Positions 1 through 10,004 of a stretch of DNA of 64,000 nucleotides are shown here, in pieces. Made by a program: the position numbers and the translations under genes. The first letter of the stretch is position 1, and each line of letters starts with the position of its first letter. The DNA lies in the NCBI GenBank assembly GCA_963755045.1, contig CAVWIL010000006.1, forward strand, positions 74,664 through 138,663, in the 5' to 3' direction. The notes beneath the pieces are model-generated. The model worked only from the letters and a program-made list of their open reading frames with translations, ran no database searches and was not told where the DNA came from. This stretch comes from Nitrospirota bacterium. GTDB lineage: Bacteria; Nitrospirota; UBA9217.

Positions 1-33
1 CGCTTCCTGGTCGAACATTAGCTGCTTTGCCAT
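1..33 (-). CDS. groL: Chaperonin GroEL, first 11 codons only (gene runs off the window)
   Basis: Minus-strand ATG at 33 follows a GGAGGA motif. It reads MAKQLMFDQEA, a GroEL-type N-terminus, 66 nt downstream of the groES stop. Confidence 0.7.
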   Translation of the reverse strand, partial: MAKQLMFDQEA

Positions 34-99
34 ATCATTTCCTCCTTAAAATTCATAATTATTGTATCATGCGTTCCGTTGACGGGAACCTTCAGGGAA

Positions 100-367
100 C
101 TAGCTCAGGACTCCGAGCACGTCTTCTTCTTTTACGATCAGATACTCGACGTTGTCGAGGTTGATCTTTGAGCCGGAGTAGCGGTCGAACAGGATCTTGT
201 CGCCCACCTTCAGGGACTTCACCTCATCACCGACTGCCTCTACTTTGCCGCTCTGCGGCTTCTCCTTCGCGGAATCCGGGAATATACAGACCGCCTGCGG
301 TCTTCTCCAGTTCCGCAGTGTAGCTTACGAACACCCTGTCTTTCAATGGCTTGAATTTAATACTCAT
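100..367 (-). CDS. groS: Co-chaperonin GroES, interrupted by a 1-nt insertion as sequenced
   Basis: From ATG 367 the minus strand reads MSIKFKPLKDRVFVSYTAELEKTAGGLYIP. After an extra G near 276-277 the next frame reads SAKEKPQSGKVEAVGDEVKSLKVGDKILFDRYSGSKINLDNVEYLIVKEEDVLGVLS*. The span is 268 nt (3n+1), and the gene is absent from the ORF track because of the shift. Confidence 0.85.
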
Positions 368-416
368 GTGTGCTCAACTCCTTTCGTAAATTGTAAGTTT
401 GATTATAGCAGAAAAT

Positions 417-443
417 TTAGCACTCGTTTAAGGCGAGTGCTAA
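417..443 (-). promoter_or_regulatory. CIRCE operator (HrcA binding site) of the groES-groEL operon
   Basis: TTAGCACTC-gtttaaggc-GAGTGCTAA matches the CIRCE consensus TTAGCACTC-N9-GAGTGCTAA exactly. It lies 50 nt upstream of the groES ATG. Confidence 0.9.
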
Positions 444-470
444 TATATGGCTGAGGCCAAAAAAAAGCAA
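442..470 (-). promoter_or_regulatory. Putative sigma70-type promoter of groESL
   Basis: On the minus strand, TTGCTT (470-465) is followed by a 17-nt spacer and TATATT (447-442). The -10 box abuts and overlaps CIRCE, the usual arrangement for HrcA-controlled promoters. Confidence 0.45.
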
Positions 471-558
471 ACCCAGTATATGTTAATTTAAGGCAATTTT
501 ACCTAGATACAAGGCAATTTTATGGATAAATCGAGGTATTGCTGATTATTTGAACTTA

Positions 559-591
559 TAAAAAAAAGCAGGGAGGATATCCCTGCTTTTT
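559..591. terminator. Bidirectional rho-independent terminator (downstream of ctp)
   Basis: Stem GCAGGGA (568-574) pairs with TCCCTGC (580-586) around a 5-nt loop. An A-run lies upstream and a T-run downstream. Confidence 0.6.
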
Positions 592-626
592 CAATTCATT
601 AACATTTATATTATAAATTTATTTAT

Positions 627-1987
627 CTATTTTTCCTTTTTTGCCGAAATCGGAAGATTCTTAAATACATCATCGGCCTTCAATGCCGGCTTTAAGATTT
701 CGATGGCCTTCTGTATCTGGATATCGTCCTTCTTGTCTTTCGGCGTAACTTCCATCGAGAATCGTCTTCAACGGAAGGCGTGCCCTTTCCTTTTTTCTTC
801 TCCTCTTTGACCGTTTCGTTCTTCAAGTGGCGATCGAGGTCCTTCTCGCGCACAACTACGTGCACCGAATCGTAGTGCCCTCCTTCGCCTCTTTTACCGT
901 CGGCAATTTCACCTCGATGTCCGGTGTAATCCCCACGTTCTGGATCGAACGGCCGCTTGGCGTGTAGTACTTGGCAGTCGTCAGCCGGACGCCACCACCG
1001 CCTTCGAGAGGGAATACGGTCTGAACCGATCCCTTACCGAAGGTCTGCGTACCCACGATCACTGCGCGCTTTGAATCCTGCAATGCGCCCGCTACGATCT
1101 CCGACGCGCTTGCGCTTCCGGTGTTCACGAGCACGACCATCGGGAACTCCCGTGGCTTTTCCGGGCCGCTGGTGAGAAAATCCTTCCGGTCGGATTTTTG
1201 TCTGCCCTGGATGTACACCACGAGGGAATCCTGAGGCAGGAACTTGCCGCTCACGTCCACGGACGAGTCAAGGAGCCCACCCGGATCGTTGCGCAGGTCG
1301 AGGACCAGCTTCTTGATCCCCTTTGCCTCAAGGTTCTTCAACGCTTTTTCAAGCTCCTCGGTGGTCTGCCCCTGGAACTGGATGATCTTGATATAACCGA
1401 TCTCGTTGTCCAGCATCTCGGACTTCACGCTCATCACCTTGATGACGTCGCGCATGATCTTGAACTCCTTCGGTTTGTCCCATCCATCGCGGTAGATCAG
1501 GAGGTTCACCTGCGTGTTCTTGGGACCGCGCATTTTGTCCACGGCCTGCTCGATGGACATGTCCTTGGTCCACTCATCGTTGATCTTCATGATCTTGTCC
1601 CCGGCGGCGAGTCCTGCGCGAAAACCGGGGGTATCCTCGATCGGCGCGATAATCGTGAGTTGCTGGTTCTTGACCCCGATCTGGATTCCAACGCCCTGGA
1701 ACTCGCCCTTAATGTCCATGTTCATCTCTTTGAACGACCGTTCGTTCATATAGGACGAATGGGGATCGAGGCTCGAGACCATGCCCCGGATGGCGCCCTG
1801 GATCAATTCCTTGGTATCCGGGTTCTCTACGTAGTTCCGCTTTACAAGCTCGAGTGCCTGGGTGAAGGCCTTCAGATCCTCATAGGTATCGGATTTGGCC
1901 TGGACCATCCCCTGACCGATCAACAATGCCGATCAGTAAAAGCATCAGCGCGGCCATCAGAAACTTCTTTTTGTTGATTCGTATCAT
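627..1987 (-). CDS. ctpA: Carboxy-terminal processing (S41, tail-specific) protease, with at least 3 frameshifts as sequenced
   Basis: The core is ORF 856-1926, which carries a PDZ region and the S41 motifs (GIGIQIG, LVNTGSASASEIVAGALQD, TFGKGSVQ). The signal peptide MIRINKKKFLMAALMLLLIG starts at 1987 in another frame. The C-terminal DKKDDIQIQKAIEILKPALK...* is in two further frames and ends at 627. Confidence 0.85.
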
Positions 1988-2163
1988 GTCATCTTCCTCC
2001 AGATGGTTCTGCATAATAACTCTCCCTGAAAAGTATAGCAGTTAGAGTGCATAGTAATAATACCTGACCTTTAGATTTTCGATACTGCTACAAGAAATGA
2101 ACCACAGTCCTCTAGCGGTCCGTGTGTGATCAGCTGTTTCACGGTATACTGACGATTCCATTT

Positions 2164-3361
2164 TCATTTATCCTTCGCCAGCCAGACGAGCGGGTCCTGG
2201 GCCTCTCCGTTCCGGCGTATCTCGAAGTATAGTTTCGAACCCTTCAGGCTGCCGGTATCGCCCGCAAGACCGATCACCTGGCCTCTGCACCGCTGTGCCC
2301 CTTTGTTCAGGTCAAGCCGCGAGAGGTTGCCGTAAAGTGTGTAGAACCCGTTGCCGTGGTCGAGGATCATGAGCTTCCCGTAGCCTTTGTACCAGTCCGC
2401 GTATGCCACCTGGCCGTCGCGGACCGCCCGCACCGACTCGCCTTCGTGCGCCTGGATCTCGATTCCCCGGCGGTATACCATGGTGCCGAACTGCGGGTGG
2501 CGCTGCATACCGAATCGTGTCAGCACCGGGCCGTCAAGGGGCCAGGGAAGCCGGGACCTGTCGCGGTCAGCAGTTTTTCGATCTTGCTGGGAAGCAGGGG
2601 CGAGTGCTTTCGCTGCCCTCTTCTTCTGCTCGTCCTTCTTGATCATGGCCCAGAGACTGGCCGACGATTCTTCCAGCTCGTGCAGGGACTGTTCGTACAG
2701 CGCCCTTTTCTTGCCGCACACCCGCCGAGGATGCCGGCTTTCTTCCGCCTCCGTGCCTCGAGCTCCACTTTCTTTGTCTCCACCGCCCGCTGGTGTGCGA
2801 GCAGTTCGTTTTTTTTCTCCTCAATCTCCGCCTGCCGCGATGCAAGCCGTCTCAGAGTGCTGCCGTACTCCCGAATGACCGCCTGGTCCTGCTCGGCGAT
2901 CAAACCGAGATACTTGATCCGCTTCATCGTCTGGCCCAGCCCGGCAGGGGAGAATATTGCAGCGGCGTATCCGCTCCGGCTCATCTTATATAGCGCCCGG
3001 AGCCGCCGGCTATACTGCTGCTTGAGCGCAGCAAGCTCACGGCTGAGCGCGGTGTTGTTCTCCTCGACCTCCCGAAGGGCCTTTTCGGACCCTCGCAGCT
3101 GTTGTTGCTGATCCGCGAGCTCCGTGCGACCCGTCTGAATGTCACGGTCGATCTTTTCAAGCTCCGACAGGATCGAACGCTCTTTGCGGTCTGCCCGTTT
3201 CAGCTCCTTTTTTTTCTCGCGCATTTCGCGCTTGATGCGCTGCAGCTCTTTGTTATCAGCGGCTTTGTCGGCGCCGAAGGCTGATGGAGACGCCCACCGG
3301 GAGCGCGAGCAGAACAGCCAGCATGAACATGAGAAACGCGGGAGCTGATCGTCGTTCGCAT
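2164..3361 (-). CDS. envC: EnvC-like murein hydrolase activator (coiled coil plus M23 peptidase domain), frameshifted
   Basis: The coiled-coil region (ELQRIKREMREKKKELKRADRKERSILSELEKIDRDIQ...) sits in the frame of ORF 2643-4253. The M23/LytM domain (ORF 2164-2721: GIEIQAHEGESVRAVRDGQVAYADWYKGYGKLMILDHGNGFYTLYGN) is in another frame. The gene lies directly downstream of ftsEX. Confidence 0.75.
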
Positions 3362-3364
3362 GCG

Positions 3365-4253
3365 CTACTCCAGGAACTTGCTGACCGAGACCAGGCCGCC
3401 GGCCAGGCCAAGCAGACCGCCGCCGACTATCATACATGTTACCACTGAAATCGGTAGAAAGTCCAGCCCATTCGGCCGCGACAGAAAGAGAACAACCTCC
3501 CGCGGAATCGCATAGTACACGCCTGCAAGAACTCCAACAGCAAGCGCTGAGCCGAGCATGGCGAGCATCATCCCTTCGATGAGGAACGGCCCCTGAATGA
3601 AACCCCTGGTCGCTCCGATCCATTGCAGCAGCTCGATCTCCTGCCCCCGTGAGTACAGCGCAAGACGAACCGAATTTGATATGATGAACACCACGGTCAC
3701 TCCGAGCAGAACGGCCAGCGCCATCCCGCCGTAGGTGATCACGCGTATAAAAACCTGACAGCACCCTGGCGCCTTCTTTCCCATAGGACACTTCTTCCAC
3801 ACCCCGATATTCGGAAAACCTCCCGGCCATGACCTCGAGTCGCTCTGCATCGGCATACCGGCGGTCGATGGTGACCTCATAGGAATCAGGCAGCGGGTTC
3901 TCAGCCAGGCCCTGGATCAGATCCTCCTGTCCCTTCAATTCCTTTTTGAACAACTGGAGCGCCTCGACCCTGGACAGATAGTTTACCTTCGCCACACCCG
4001 GCTCCATCCTGATCCGGTGCTGAATAAAATCCTTTTCGTACTGCGTCAGCCCATCCTTCAGGTATACGGACATCTCGAGGCGGTTCCCCAAGGCATTCAC
4101 CGCGGTCTGAAGGTTCAAGAACACGATCAGGAAAAAACCGACGATCAACATGGCCATGCTTATCGTGCCCACGGCGAGGAGATTCACGAGGCTATTGGCC
4201 CGAAGTCCGCGGAAGGCCTCGGCGATATAATAGAACAGGCCGTATCCTTTCAC
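3365..4253 (-). CDS. ftsX: Cell division permease-like protein FtsX, one net frameshift
   Basis: The N-terminal half is the start of ORF 2643-4253 (MKGYGLFYYIAEAFRGLRANSLVNLLAVGTISMAM...). The C-terminal TM bundle is ORF 3365-3880 (…VITYGGMALAVLLGVTVVFIISNSVRLALYSRGQEIELLQWIGATRGFI...). The frames switch at a T5 run near 3750. The ATGA at 4250-4253 overlaps ftsE. Confidence 0.85.
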
Positions 4254-4990
4254 GGTTCCCTCTCGACAGACTTTGTTCCTGCGGCTCCCGCCTGCGGGTT
4301 CAATGGTGTGAGGTTCGGCGTTTGCGCGGGCTGGCTTCCGTTGTCAATGACCTTCCCGCCCTCCATGGTTATGATCCTCCGCTGCATCTTCCTCACCGTT
4401 TCCCAGTCGTGTGTGGCCACCAGAACGGTTGTGCCCTTCATGTTGATATCCTTGAAGAGTCGGAACACCTCCTGCGCGCTCTGGGGATCCAGGTTGCCGG
4501 TGGGCTCATCGGCAAGCAGCACCTGGGGTTCATTCACGAGCGCGCGGGCCACGGCGACCTTCTGTTGCTCTCCGCCTGAGAGCTTCGGCGGTGTTAAATG
4601 GCGTTTGCCTTCCATCCCGACCTTCTTCAGCACCTGGTACACGCGCTGCTCGATCTCGCCGGCGGGCGTACCCACCACCTTGAGCGCAAGGGCGATATTT
4701 TCCGAGATTGTCTTGTGCGGGAGGAGCTTGTAGTCCTGAAACACGAAACCGATATTGCGCCTGAGGTAGGGAATGGTCGATGCTTTCAACCGGAAGGTAT
4801 TCACGCCCTGCATGACGATCCGCCCCTCGTCCGCATGTTCCGCGCAGAAAAGGATCTTCAGCAGGGTGGATTTGCCCGCGCCGCTTGGGCCGGTGACGAA
4901 AACAAACTCGCCCTTGTCCACGGTGAAACTCACCTCGCGGAGGGCTGGAACGCCTTCGTAATATTTTGTCACCCGATAGAGCTGGATCAT
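4250..4990 (-). CDS. ftsE: Cell division ATP-binding protein FtsE
   Basis: This is an intact 246-aa ORF with Walker A GPSGAGKST, the ABC signature LSGGEQQ and Walker B LLADEPTGNLD. It is translationally coupled to ftsX. Confidence 0.9.
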   Translation of the reverse strand: MIQLYRVTKYYEGVPALREVSFTVDKGEFVFVTGPSGAGKSTLLKILFCAEHADEGRIVMQGVNTFRLKASTIPYLRRNIGFVFQDYKLLPHKTISENIALALKVVGTPAGEIEQRVYQVLKKVGMEGKRHLTPPKLSGGEQQKVAVARALVNEPQVLLADEPTGNLDPQSAQEVFRLFKDINMKGTTVLVATHDWETVRKMQRRIITMEGGKVIDNGSQPAQTPNLTPLNPQAGAAGTKSVEREP

Positions 4991-5130
4991 AGTTTACTTT
5001 TACCACGGATCTCACACGGATAACGGCAAACTGGGGGTTTGCGGCGAATTGACGCGAATAAACCTCAAGTATAGAGCAGTATCTCTATTCTTCTCAGTTA
5101 TCGTGTTCATCATTGCGCGATCCGAAGTCT

Positions 5131-6071
5131 TCAGCGCTTCTTTTTTTTCATTACTTCTTTGACCGCGGTTGCGATATCGCCCGCCGACAGGCCATAATGT
5201 TTCATAAGCCCTTCCTGGTCACCGGACGTGCCAAAGGTGTCCTTGACGCCGATGCGCACCATCGGAACCGGTGCGGATTCGCACAGCACCTCCGCCACGG
5301 CCCCGCCCAGGCCGCCGATGATCGAGTGCTCTTCAGCGGTCACGATCGCGCCGCTGTGCTTCGCGGCCGCCACCACGGCCCCGGCATCGATCGGTTTGAT
5401 CGTGGACATGTTGATCACGCCCGCATCGATCCCTTCGGCCTTCAGCAGGTCACGCGCCTTGATCGCTTCGGCGACCATGATGCCTGTGGCAATGATGGCG
5501 GCGTCCTTGCCCTCATTGAACACATGGGCCTTGCCGATCTTGAACGTATACTCCCCGCCGAAGAGCGTCGGCACCTTGTTCCGCCCCACGCGCACGTAGC
5601 AGGGACCCTTGTGCTCCGCTACGGCCTCGATGGCCTGCAGGGTCTCGGGCCCGTCGGCAGGAACGATCACGGTCATGTTCGGGAGCACGCGCATCACGGC
5701 GATGTCCTCGACGGACTGGTGCGAACCGCCGTCCTCGCCCACCGTAATGCCCGCGTGGCTTGCCACGATCTTCACGTTCAGGTTCGGATAGCAGATGGAC
5801 TGCCGCACCTGCTCCCAGGCCCTGCCCGTGGCGAACACTGCAAAGGTGCTCGCGAACGGCAGCTTGCCGGCGATGGCGAGTCCGGCCGCCGTGCCCATCA
5901 TGTCCTGCTCGGCAATGCCGATATTGAAGAACCGGTCCGGGAACACCTTGGCGAATTTCGAGGTCTTCGTCGAACCCGACAGGTCCGCGTCCAGCACCAC
6001 CACATCGTCCCGTTTTTTCCCGAGGCCACCAGCGCGTCCCCGTATGCATCTCTTGTCGCTATCTTCGTCAC
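5131..6071 (-). CDS. Transketolase, C-terminal (pyrimidine-binding) subunit, frameshifted near the 5' end
   Basis: ORF 5131-6099 reads DADLSGSTKTSKFAKVFPDRFFNIGIAEQDMMGTAAGLA... The true start is GTG 6071 (MTKIATRDAYGDALVASGK), which is out of frame at an A-run near 6020. Confidence 0.85.
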
Positions 6072-6189
6072 AATTCCCCCCTGAACCGCTCAATTTCACG
6101 GATGGACATGATGGCCACGGATAGAAGTAAAAGCTTTATTCCCTGTCATTCGATTTCATCCGTGAAATCCTGCTAATCCGTGATTACTG

Positions 6190-7034
6190 TCATTTACACA
6201 CTGTTTCTTCCGACAACTCCTTCATCGCGATCTCAAGCTCTTCCTTCGACGGCGTGGTGCCGTGGAACTCCACCTTGCCTTCGAACTACTTCGAACCCTT
6301 GCCCTTCACCGTGCGGCAAACGATCATGGTCGGTTTCCCTTTTATGGTCTCGGCCTTGTCGAGCGCGGCACGTGATGGCGGACAGGTCGTGACCGTCGAT
6401 ATCCAGCACCTCCCAGCCAAAGGCGCGCCACTTGTCCGTGATCGGCTCCACGCCCATCACCTTGGCAACGGGCCCGTCGATCTGGAGCCCGTTGTTGTCA
6501 ACGAGCGCGCAGAGATTGTCGAGCTTGTAGTGGGCCGCGGTCATGGCCGCTTCCCAGACCTGGCCTTCCTGCAGTTCGCCGTCGCCGAGCAGGGCGTACA
6601 CGCGGTTCGGCGCCTTGTCGAGCTTGTGCGCAAGCGCGATGCCGTTGGCCACGGACAGGCCCTGGCCGAGCGAACCCGTGGAGATCTCGACTCCCGGCAC
6701 ATATTTGCTGTCCGGATGGCCCTGGAGCCGCGAACCGAGCTTCCGGAGCGTGCAGAGCTCCGCGTGCTCGATGAAGCCCGCATGCGCGAGCACTGTGTAC
6801 AGGAGCGGCGCTGCATGGCCCTTCGAGAGGATGAAATGGTCCCGCCCCTTCCAGTCCGGCTTCTTCGGATCGTACTTCATCTTGTAGAAGTAAAGCGCCG
6901 TCGCGATATCAGCGGCGGACAGGCTGCCGCCGGTATGGCCCGAGCCGCACTCGGTCAGCATCTTCAGGATGTCGATCCGGATCCTTCTGCGCTTTGTCCG
7001 TAAGTGTCTTCAATTGCTCTTTTGATGCCGCCAT
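6190..7034 (-). CDS. Transketolase, N-terminal (TPP-binding) subunit, with at least 2 frameshifts
   Basis: ORF 6233-6961 reads GSGHTGGSLSAADIATALYFYKMKYDPKKPDWKGRDHFILSKGHAAP...GSLGQGLSVANG. The start MAASKEQLKTLTDKAQ (7034) and the tail ...KGKGSKVVEGKVEFHGTTPSKEELEIAMKEL...* (stop at 6190) are in other frames. Confidence 0.85.
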
Positions 7035-7166
7035 GCACCTATCCTCCTGAGTGGATCATAATATATATGGAATAAAACAACAACGAATGAGGATATATTC
7101 ACAACGATAGGCGTCGCACCGATGTTTCACGCGTCAATCCCGCACATCACCATAGCAACGGGTGTT

Positions 7167-7641
7167 TTAAATCGACTTCTTCTGTTCTCTGTTCCTGCTG
7201 TTCCTGGGCGAGAAAGTCCAGGATAATATCGTCGAGGCCCTTTTCTTTAGCATCTGCCCTCGAGGGGTCAGAGATGGCGGAGATGGTTTTTCCTCTGCTG
7301 GTGCTGGCGCCGGAGTCGGCACGGCCGGGGTGGCCGGTGCGGCCACGGACGCAGTTGCCGGCGTGTACGTGGATTCATGCGGGGCATTATTCAGGTCCAG
7401 CTTGCCCTGCATCAGGTCGCGGATCATCTGCTTGTGCTGCTCCATCATCAGCTCGCGCACTACTTCATCAAGACAGTCGGCCTTGAGAATGTCGGCATAG
7501 CTGGTCTTGCGCGAGGCGAGGATCGCACCCCTGAAGATACAGGAGCGAAGTCATGTACGGACTGTTGACCCCGCCGTCTTCGGTCTGACAGTGGTAGATC
7601 TTGCCCTGAAATTTGAAGTCGGTGTTGTAGCCCGTGAGCAT
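7167..7641 (-). CDS. Conserved hypothetical protein (MLTGYNTDFKFQGKIYHCQTEDGG... family), frameshifted
   Basis: From ATG 7641 the minus strand reads MLTGYNTDFKFQGKIYHCQTEDGGVNSPYMTSLLYLQG. After a shift it continues ...SRKTSYADILKADCLDEVVRELMMEQHKQMIRDLMQGKLD (ORF 7167-7460). The tail is low-complexity and Pro/Ala-rich. I cannot name a function. Confidence 0.5.
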
Positions 7642-7688
7642 AGTTCGGTATTATACAAAGCCGGGCGGGAAGTTGCAAGCCTTTTTGC

Positions 7689-7717
7689 TTGACAGTAAAA
7701 GCGGGTTAGTGTAACTT
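7689..7717 (+). promoter_or_regulatory. Putative promoter of tRNA-Leu
   Basis: TTGACA (7689-7694) is followed by 17 nt and TAACTT (7712-7717). This ends 10 nt before the tRNA 5' end. Confidence 0.35.
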
Positions 7718-7726
7718 TCATCGCGT

Positions 7727-7813
7727 GCCGGTGTGGTGAAACTGGTAGACGCAGAGGACTCAAAATCCTCCGGGGGCAACTCCATGTCGGTTCGATTCCG
7801 ACCACCGGCACCA
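7727..7813 (+). tRNA. tRNA-Leu (anticodon CAA), class II with a long variable arm and an encoded CCA
   Basis: Acceptor GCCGGTG pairs with CACCGGC. The anticodon stem GAGGA/TCCTC encloses the loop CTCAAAA. The T-arm reads GGTTCGATTCC. Total length is 87 nt and the gene ends in ACCA. Confidence 0.9.
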
Positions 7814-8006
7814 ATAAAAAGATCGGTTATTCAGCCGGTCTTTTTTGTTTTACAGCGAGAGGAATCGAACAAAGGGGGATGGGGGAAGGATTCCCCCATG
7901 CTTCGGGGGAGCGCACGAGGGGGCGGGCCCCATCGTGAAGCGGGGCAACCACGTTAGACGGCACACAGGCATTATGACCGAGAGAAGAATTACTCAATAT
8001 TTACTC

Positions 8007-8035
8007 TTGATTTTATCATTATATGGTGATAATAT
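8007..8035 (+). promoter_or_regulatory. Putative promoter and operator of the phd-parE module
   Basis: TTGATT (8007-8012) is followed by 17 nt and TAATAT (8030-8035). The spacer contains the inverted repeat TTATCA...TGATAA (8013-8018 and 8027-8032), typical of autoregulated TA promoters. Confidence 0.4.
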
Positions 8036-8058
8036 AAAAACCAATCAAGGAGATAATC

Positions 8059-8328
8059 ATGCCGATCATTAAGCCCATATCAAGCCTTCGGAACAAAACA
8101 CGGGAAATTGCTTCTCTCTGCCATGACCAGGATGAACCGGTCTACCTCACCACCAACGGCGAGGGAGACCTTGTCGTTATGAGTATTGAACACTTTGAAA
8201 AGCTGAATGCCAGGATTGATCTCTTCGAAAAGCTTGCCGTGGCCCAGTCGCAGGCCTCATCAGGAGAAAAGGGCATTACCCACTCACAGATGATGCAGAA
8301 ACTCCGGCAGCGCAGCCATGCCAGCTAA
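8059..8328 (+). CDS. Type II antitoxin, Phd/YefM family
   Basis: An 89-aa ORF follows an AGGAGA RBS. Its N-terminus IKPISSLRNKTREIASLCHDQDEPVYLTTNGEGDLVVMSIEHFEKL is Phd/YefM-like. It overlaps the downstream toxin by 11 nt. Confidence 0.8.
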   Translation: MPIIKPISSLRNKTREIASLCHDQDEPVYLTTNGEGDLVVMSIEHFEKLNARIDLFEKLAVAQSQASSGEKGITHSQMMQKLRQRSHAS

Positions 8329-8623
8329 ATACGTTGTCCGCTATCTTCCCATTGCCGTTGACGATCTTCTCGCCATCTATGACTGGATCGCCTCAGACAG
8401 TCCCGCACGAGCAGCTGCCTTTACGAACAAACTTGACAAGCAAATCGGCAGTCTTGCAACTCACCCTTTTCTCGGCCGTATCCCTAAACATGAACAACTG
8501 CAGGCCTCCGGCTACCGTGTGCTTGTCATCGAAGCCTATCTCGTCTTCTATAAGGTACGCGGACACATCGTCGAAATACACCGTGTTATTCATGGCTCAC
8601 GTCATCTCGACGACATTGCTTAG
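8318..8623 (+). CDS. Type II toxin, ParE/RelE family
   Basis: This is a 101-aa ORF. The motifs A..DL..IY.WI, the FLGRIPK stretch and YRVLVIEAYLVFYKVRGHIVEIHRVIHGSR are typical of ParE/RelE. Confidence 0.8.
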   Translation: MPAKYVVRYLPIAVDDLLAIYDWIASDSPARAAAFTNKLDKQIGSLATHPFLGRIPKHEQLQASGYRVLVIEAYLVFYKVRGHIVEIHRVIHGSRHLDDIA

Positions 8624-8763
8624 TATCAGACTGGGTTACGCGTCCCAGCCCAGTAGCTACAAGTCCATCTGACAAAAAATCATGCCCGTAATCTACTAAA
8701 CAAATGGCAAGAAGTCATCGGCAATCCGCTTCAACCGGTGACATTTTATCGCCGATTGACTTT

Positions 8764-8975
8764 TTACTCCGCATACGGAATGGTATCGTTGTTCTTCTCG
8801 GCGATCTCCATGATCCGGCTTATGATATGGGCGCGGTTAGTCCTGATCCCGGGCAGCTTTTCAAATTCCTCTGCAAGCAGTATCTTTTGAAGATCCGCTC
8901 TCAATTTGTTTCGCGCGGGAATGCTTTCCCAGAATCCCGTCAGCCTCAATTCCCGTTCGATTTCAAGAAATGACT
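8764..8975 (-). pseudogene. Possible 3' remnant of a larger gene (C-terminal helical fragment; origin uncertain)
   Basis: The reading frame is open only after a TAG and reads KSFLEIERELRLTGFWESIPARNKLRADLQKILLAEEFEKLPGIRTNRAHIISRIMEIAEKNNDTIPYAE*. It has no credible start or RBS. It vaguely resembles the C-terminal tail of restriction-enzyme R subunits. Confidence 0.2.
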
Positions 8976-9056
8976 TCTAAGTCAAATCAACCAGCCGGCT
9001 GTTCTCGCCGTTCTTGGTGGCATAGGAACCGGAGTATCAAATCTGCAATTGTGACA

Positions 9057-9299
9057 TCAACTTACTCCGGCGCGTTTACTTGTCATCATCGAAGATTTGA
9101 CCCCCTTTGCTCTTCCAGGTCGTGCGGCTGTCGCAGATGCTTCTTCAATACCGCGGGCAAAAGATCCGCAGGATTCACAATGATAGGTCTTGATACTCAT
9201 CGTTTTCATCTTGCCATCCTTATCGGCAATTGTCCGTGGTGTGACGGTTCTGATCATGTTGGTAGCAGTTCTGCAAAGGTGACAAAATTCGATTGGCAT
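9057..9299 (-). CDS. Small zinc-ribbon protein (CxxC...CxxC), hypothetical
   Basis: It reads MPIEFCHLCRTATNMIRTVTPRTIADKDGKMKTMSIKTYHCESCGSF.... It lies immediately downstream of vapC on the same strand. I recognise no family. Confidence 0.35.
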   Translation of the reverse strand: MPIEFCHLCRTATNMIRTVTPRTIADKDGKMKTMSIKTYHCESCGSFARGIEEASATAARPGRAKGVKSSMMTSKRAGVS

Positions 9300-9318
9300 A
9301 CTGAACCCCCTAAGCCAG

Positions 9319-9720
9319 TTAAATGCTCCAGTCCACAATCTTCAGATTCTTTATTTGTTTAAACTCTTTGGTGTTATTCGTAACGAGGGTCATGCCAAGC
9401 GCGTGAGCGTGAGCGCCTATCAGCATGTCCATGGATCCGACGGGCTTCCCTGCTCTTTCGAGCTCTGCACGGATCGCCCCGTATTCCTGGGCCGCCTTTT
9501 CATCGAAGTCCGCGATTTCAAGAGGGAGAATGAACTCATCAAGAGCTTGCTGGTTCTTTTCGATGTGCTGGCTTTTGGACACACCATAACGAAGTTCCGC
9601 AAGGGTTATGGAAGAAATACCGATATCGCCGATAGCATGAGATTTAAAATGTTTAAGCACTTTGGCGGGATTTTGTTTGATGAGGTAAATGCAGATATTC
9701 GTATCCAGCATGTACTTCAT
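9319..9720 (-). CDS. vapC: Type II toxin VapC (PIN-domain ribonuclease)
   Basis: This is a 133-aa ORF. MLDTNICIYLIK is the first acidic PIN motif, and ITLAELRYG and LVTNNTKEF are also present. Its start overlaps the vapB stop (ATGA-type junction at 9720). Confidence 0.88.
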   Translation of the reverse strand: MKYMLDTNICIYLIKQNPAKVLKHFKSHAIGDIGISSITLAELRYGVSKSQHIEKNQQALDEFILPLEIADFDEKAAQEYGAIRAELERAGKPVGSMDMLIGAHAHALGMTLVTNNTKEFKQIKNLKIVDWSI

Positions 9721-9947
9721 TAAAAGTCCTCCCTTTTCTGCATCTTTGGTTGCTTTCTTTCAACCATGAAGTCATCGGAGAATTTATCGAGGCTGTGAAT
9801 CAGGGTATCCCATGAGTTCTTTGTCGGGATCAGCACCACGACGTTCCCCGATTTTTTAACGAACACGTGGTCGTCCTCGAAACGGAATTCCTTGGGCAGA
9901 CGAACTGCCTGGCTTTGTCCATTTTGGAACAGCTTTGCGGTCTTCAT
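9720..9947 (-). CDS. vapB: Type II antitoxin VapB (AbrB/SpoVT-type)
   Basis: This is a 75-aa ORF. The N-terminus AKLFQNGQSQAVRLPKEFRF is the classic AbrB/MazE-like VapB N-terminus. Confidence 0.85.
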   Translation of the reverse strand: MKTAKLFQNGQSQAVRLPKEFRFEDDHVFVKKSGNVVVLIPTKNSWDTLIHSLDKFSDDFMVERKQPKMQKREDF

Positions 9948-9958
9948 TACACACCTCC

Positions 9959-10004
9959 GTATAGTCTATACCAATAATATATATTAAATGGTGCCGGATT
10001 GCAA
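9959..10004 (-). promoter_or_regulatory. Putative vapBC promoter with operator palindrome
   Basis: On the minus strand, TTGCAA (10004-9999) is followed by 17 nt and TATATT (9981-9976). The palindrome GTATAG-t-CTATAC (9959-9971) sits between the -10 box and the GGAGG RBS. Confidence 0.45.

Noticed and set aside
197-454. The plus-strand 85-aa ORF is the only ORF-track entry in the groES region.
   Set aside because: It is antisense to the frameshifted groES and runs through the CIRCE operator. Its translation has no recognisable features.
2643-4253. The 536-aa ORF could be read as a single large FtsX-EnvC fusion protein.
   Set aside because: Only its first ~170 aa (FtsX) and last ~230 aa (EnvC coiled coil) make sense. 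The middle is out-of-frame FtsX TM sequence, and the authentic FtsX C-terminus is in ORF 3365-3880. It is a chimera created by frameshifts, not a fusion protein.
7855-7960. A possible second tRNA or tRNA fragment lies downstream of tRNA-Leu. It has GAGGAATCGAAC (the complement of a T-loop-like GTTCGATTCC) and a GGGGG-AAGGATT-CCCCC hairpin.
   Set aside because: No acceptor, D or T stems can be paired. The 7-nt loop lacks U33 and a sensible anticodon context. It may be a decayed att or tRNA remnant, but that is not supportable.
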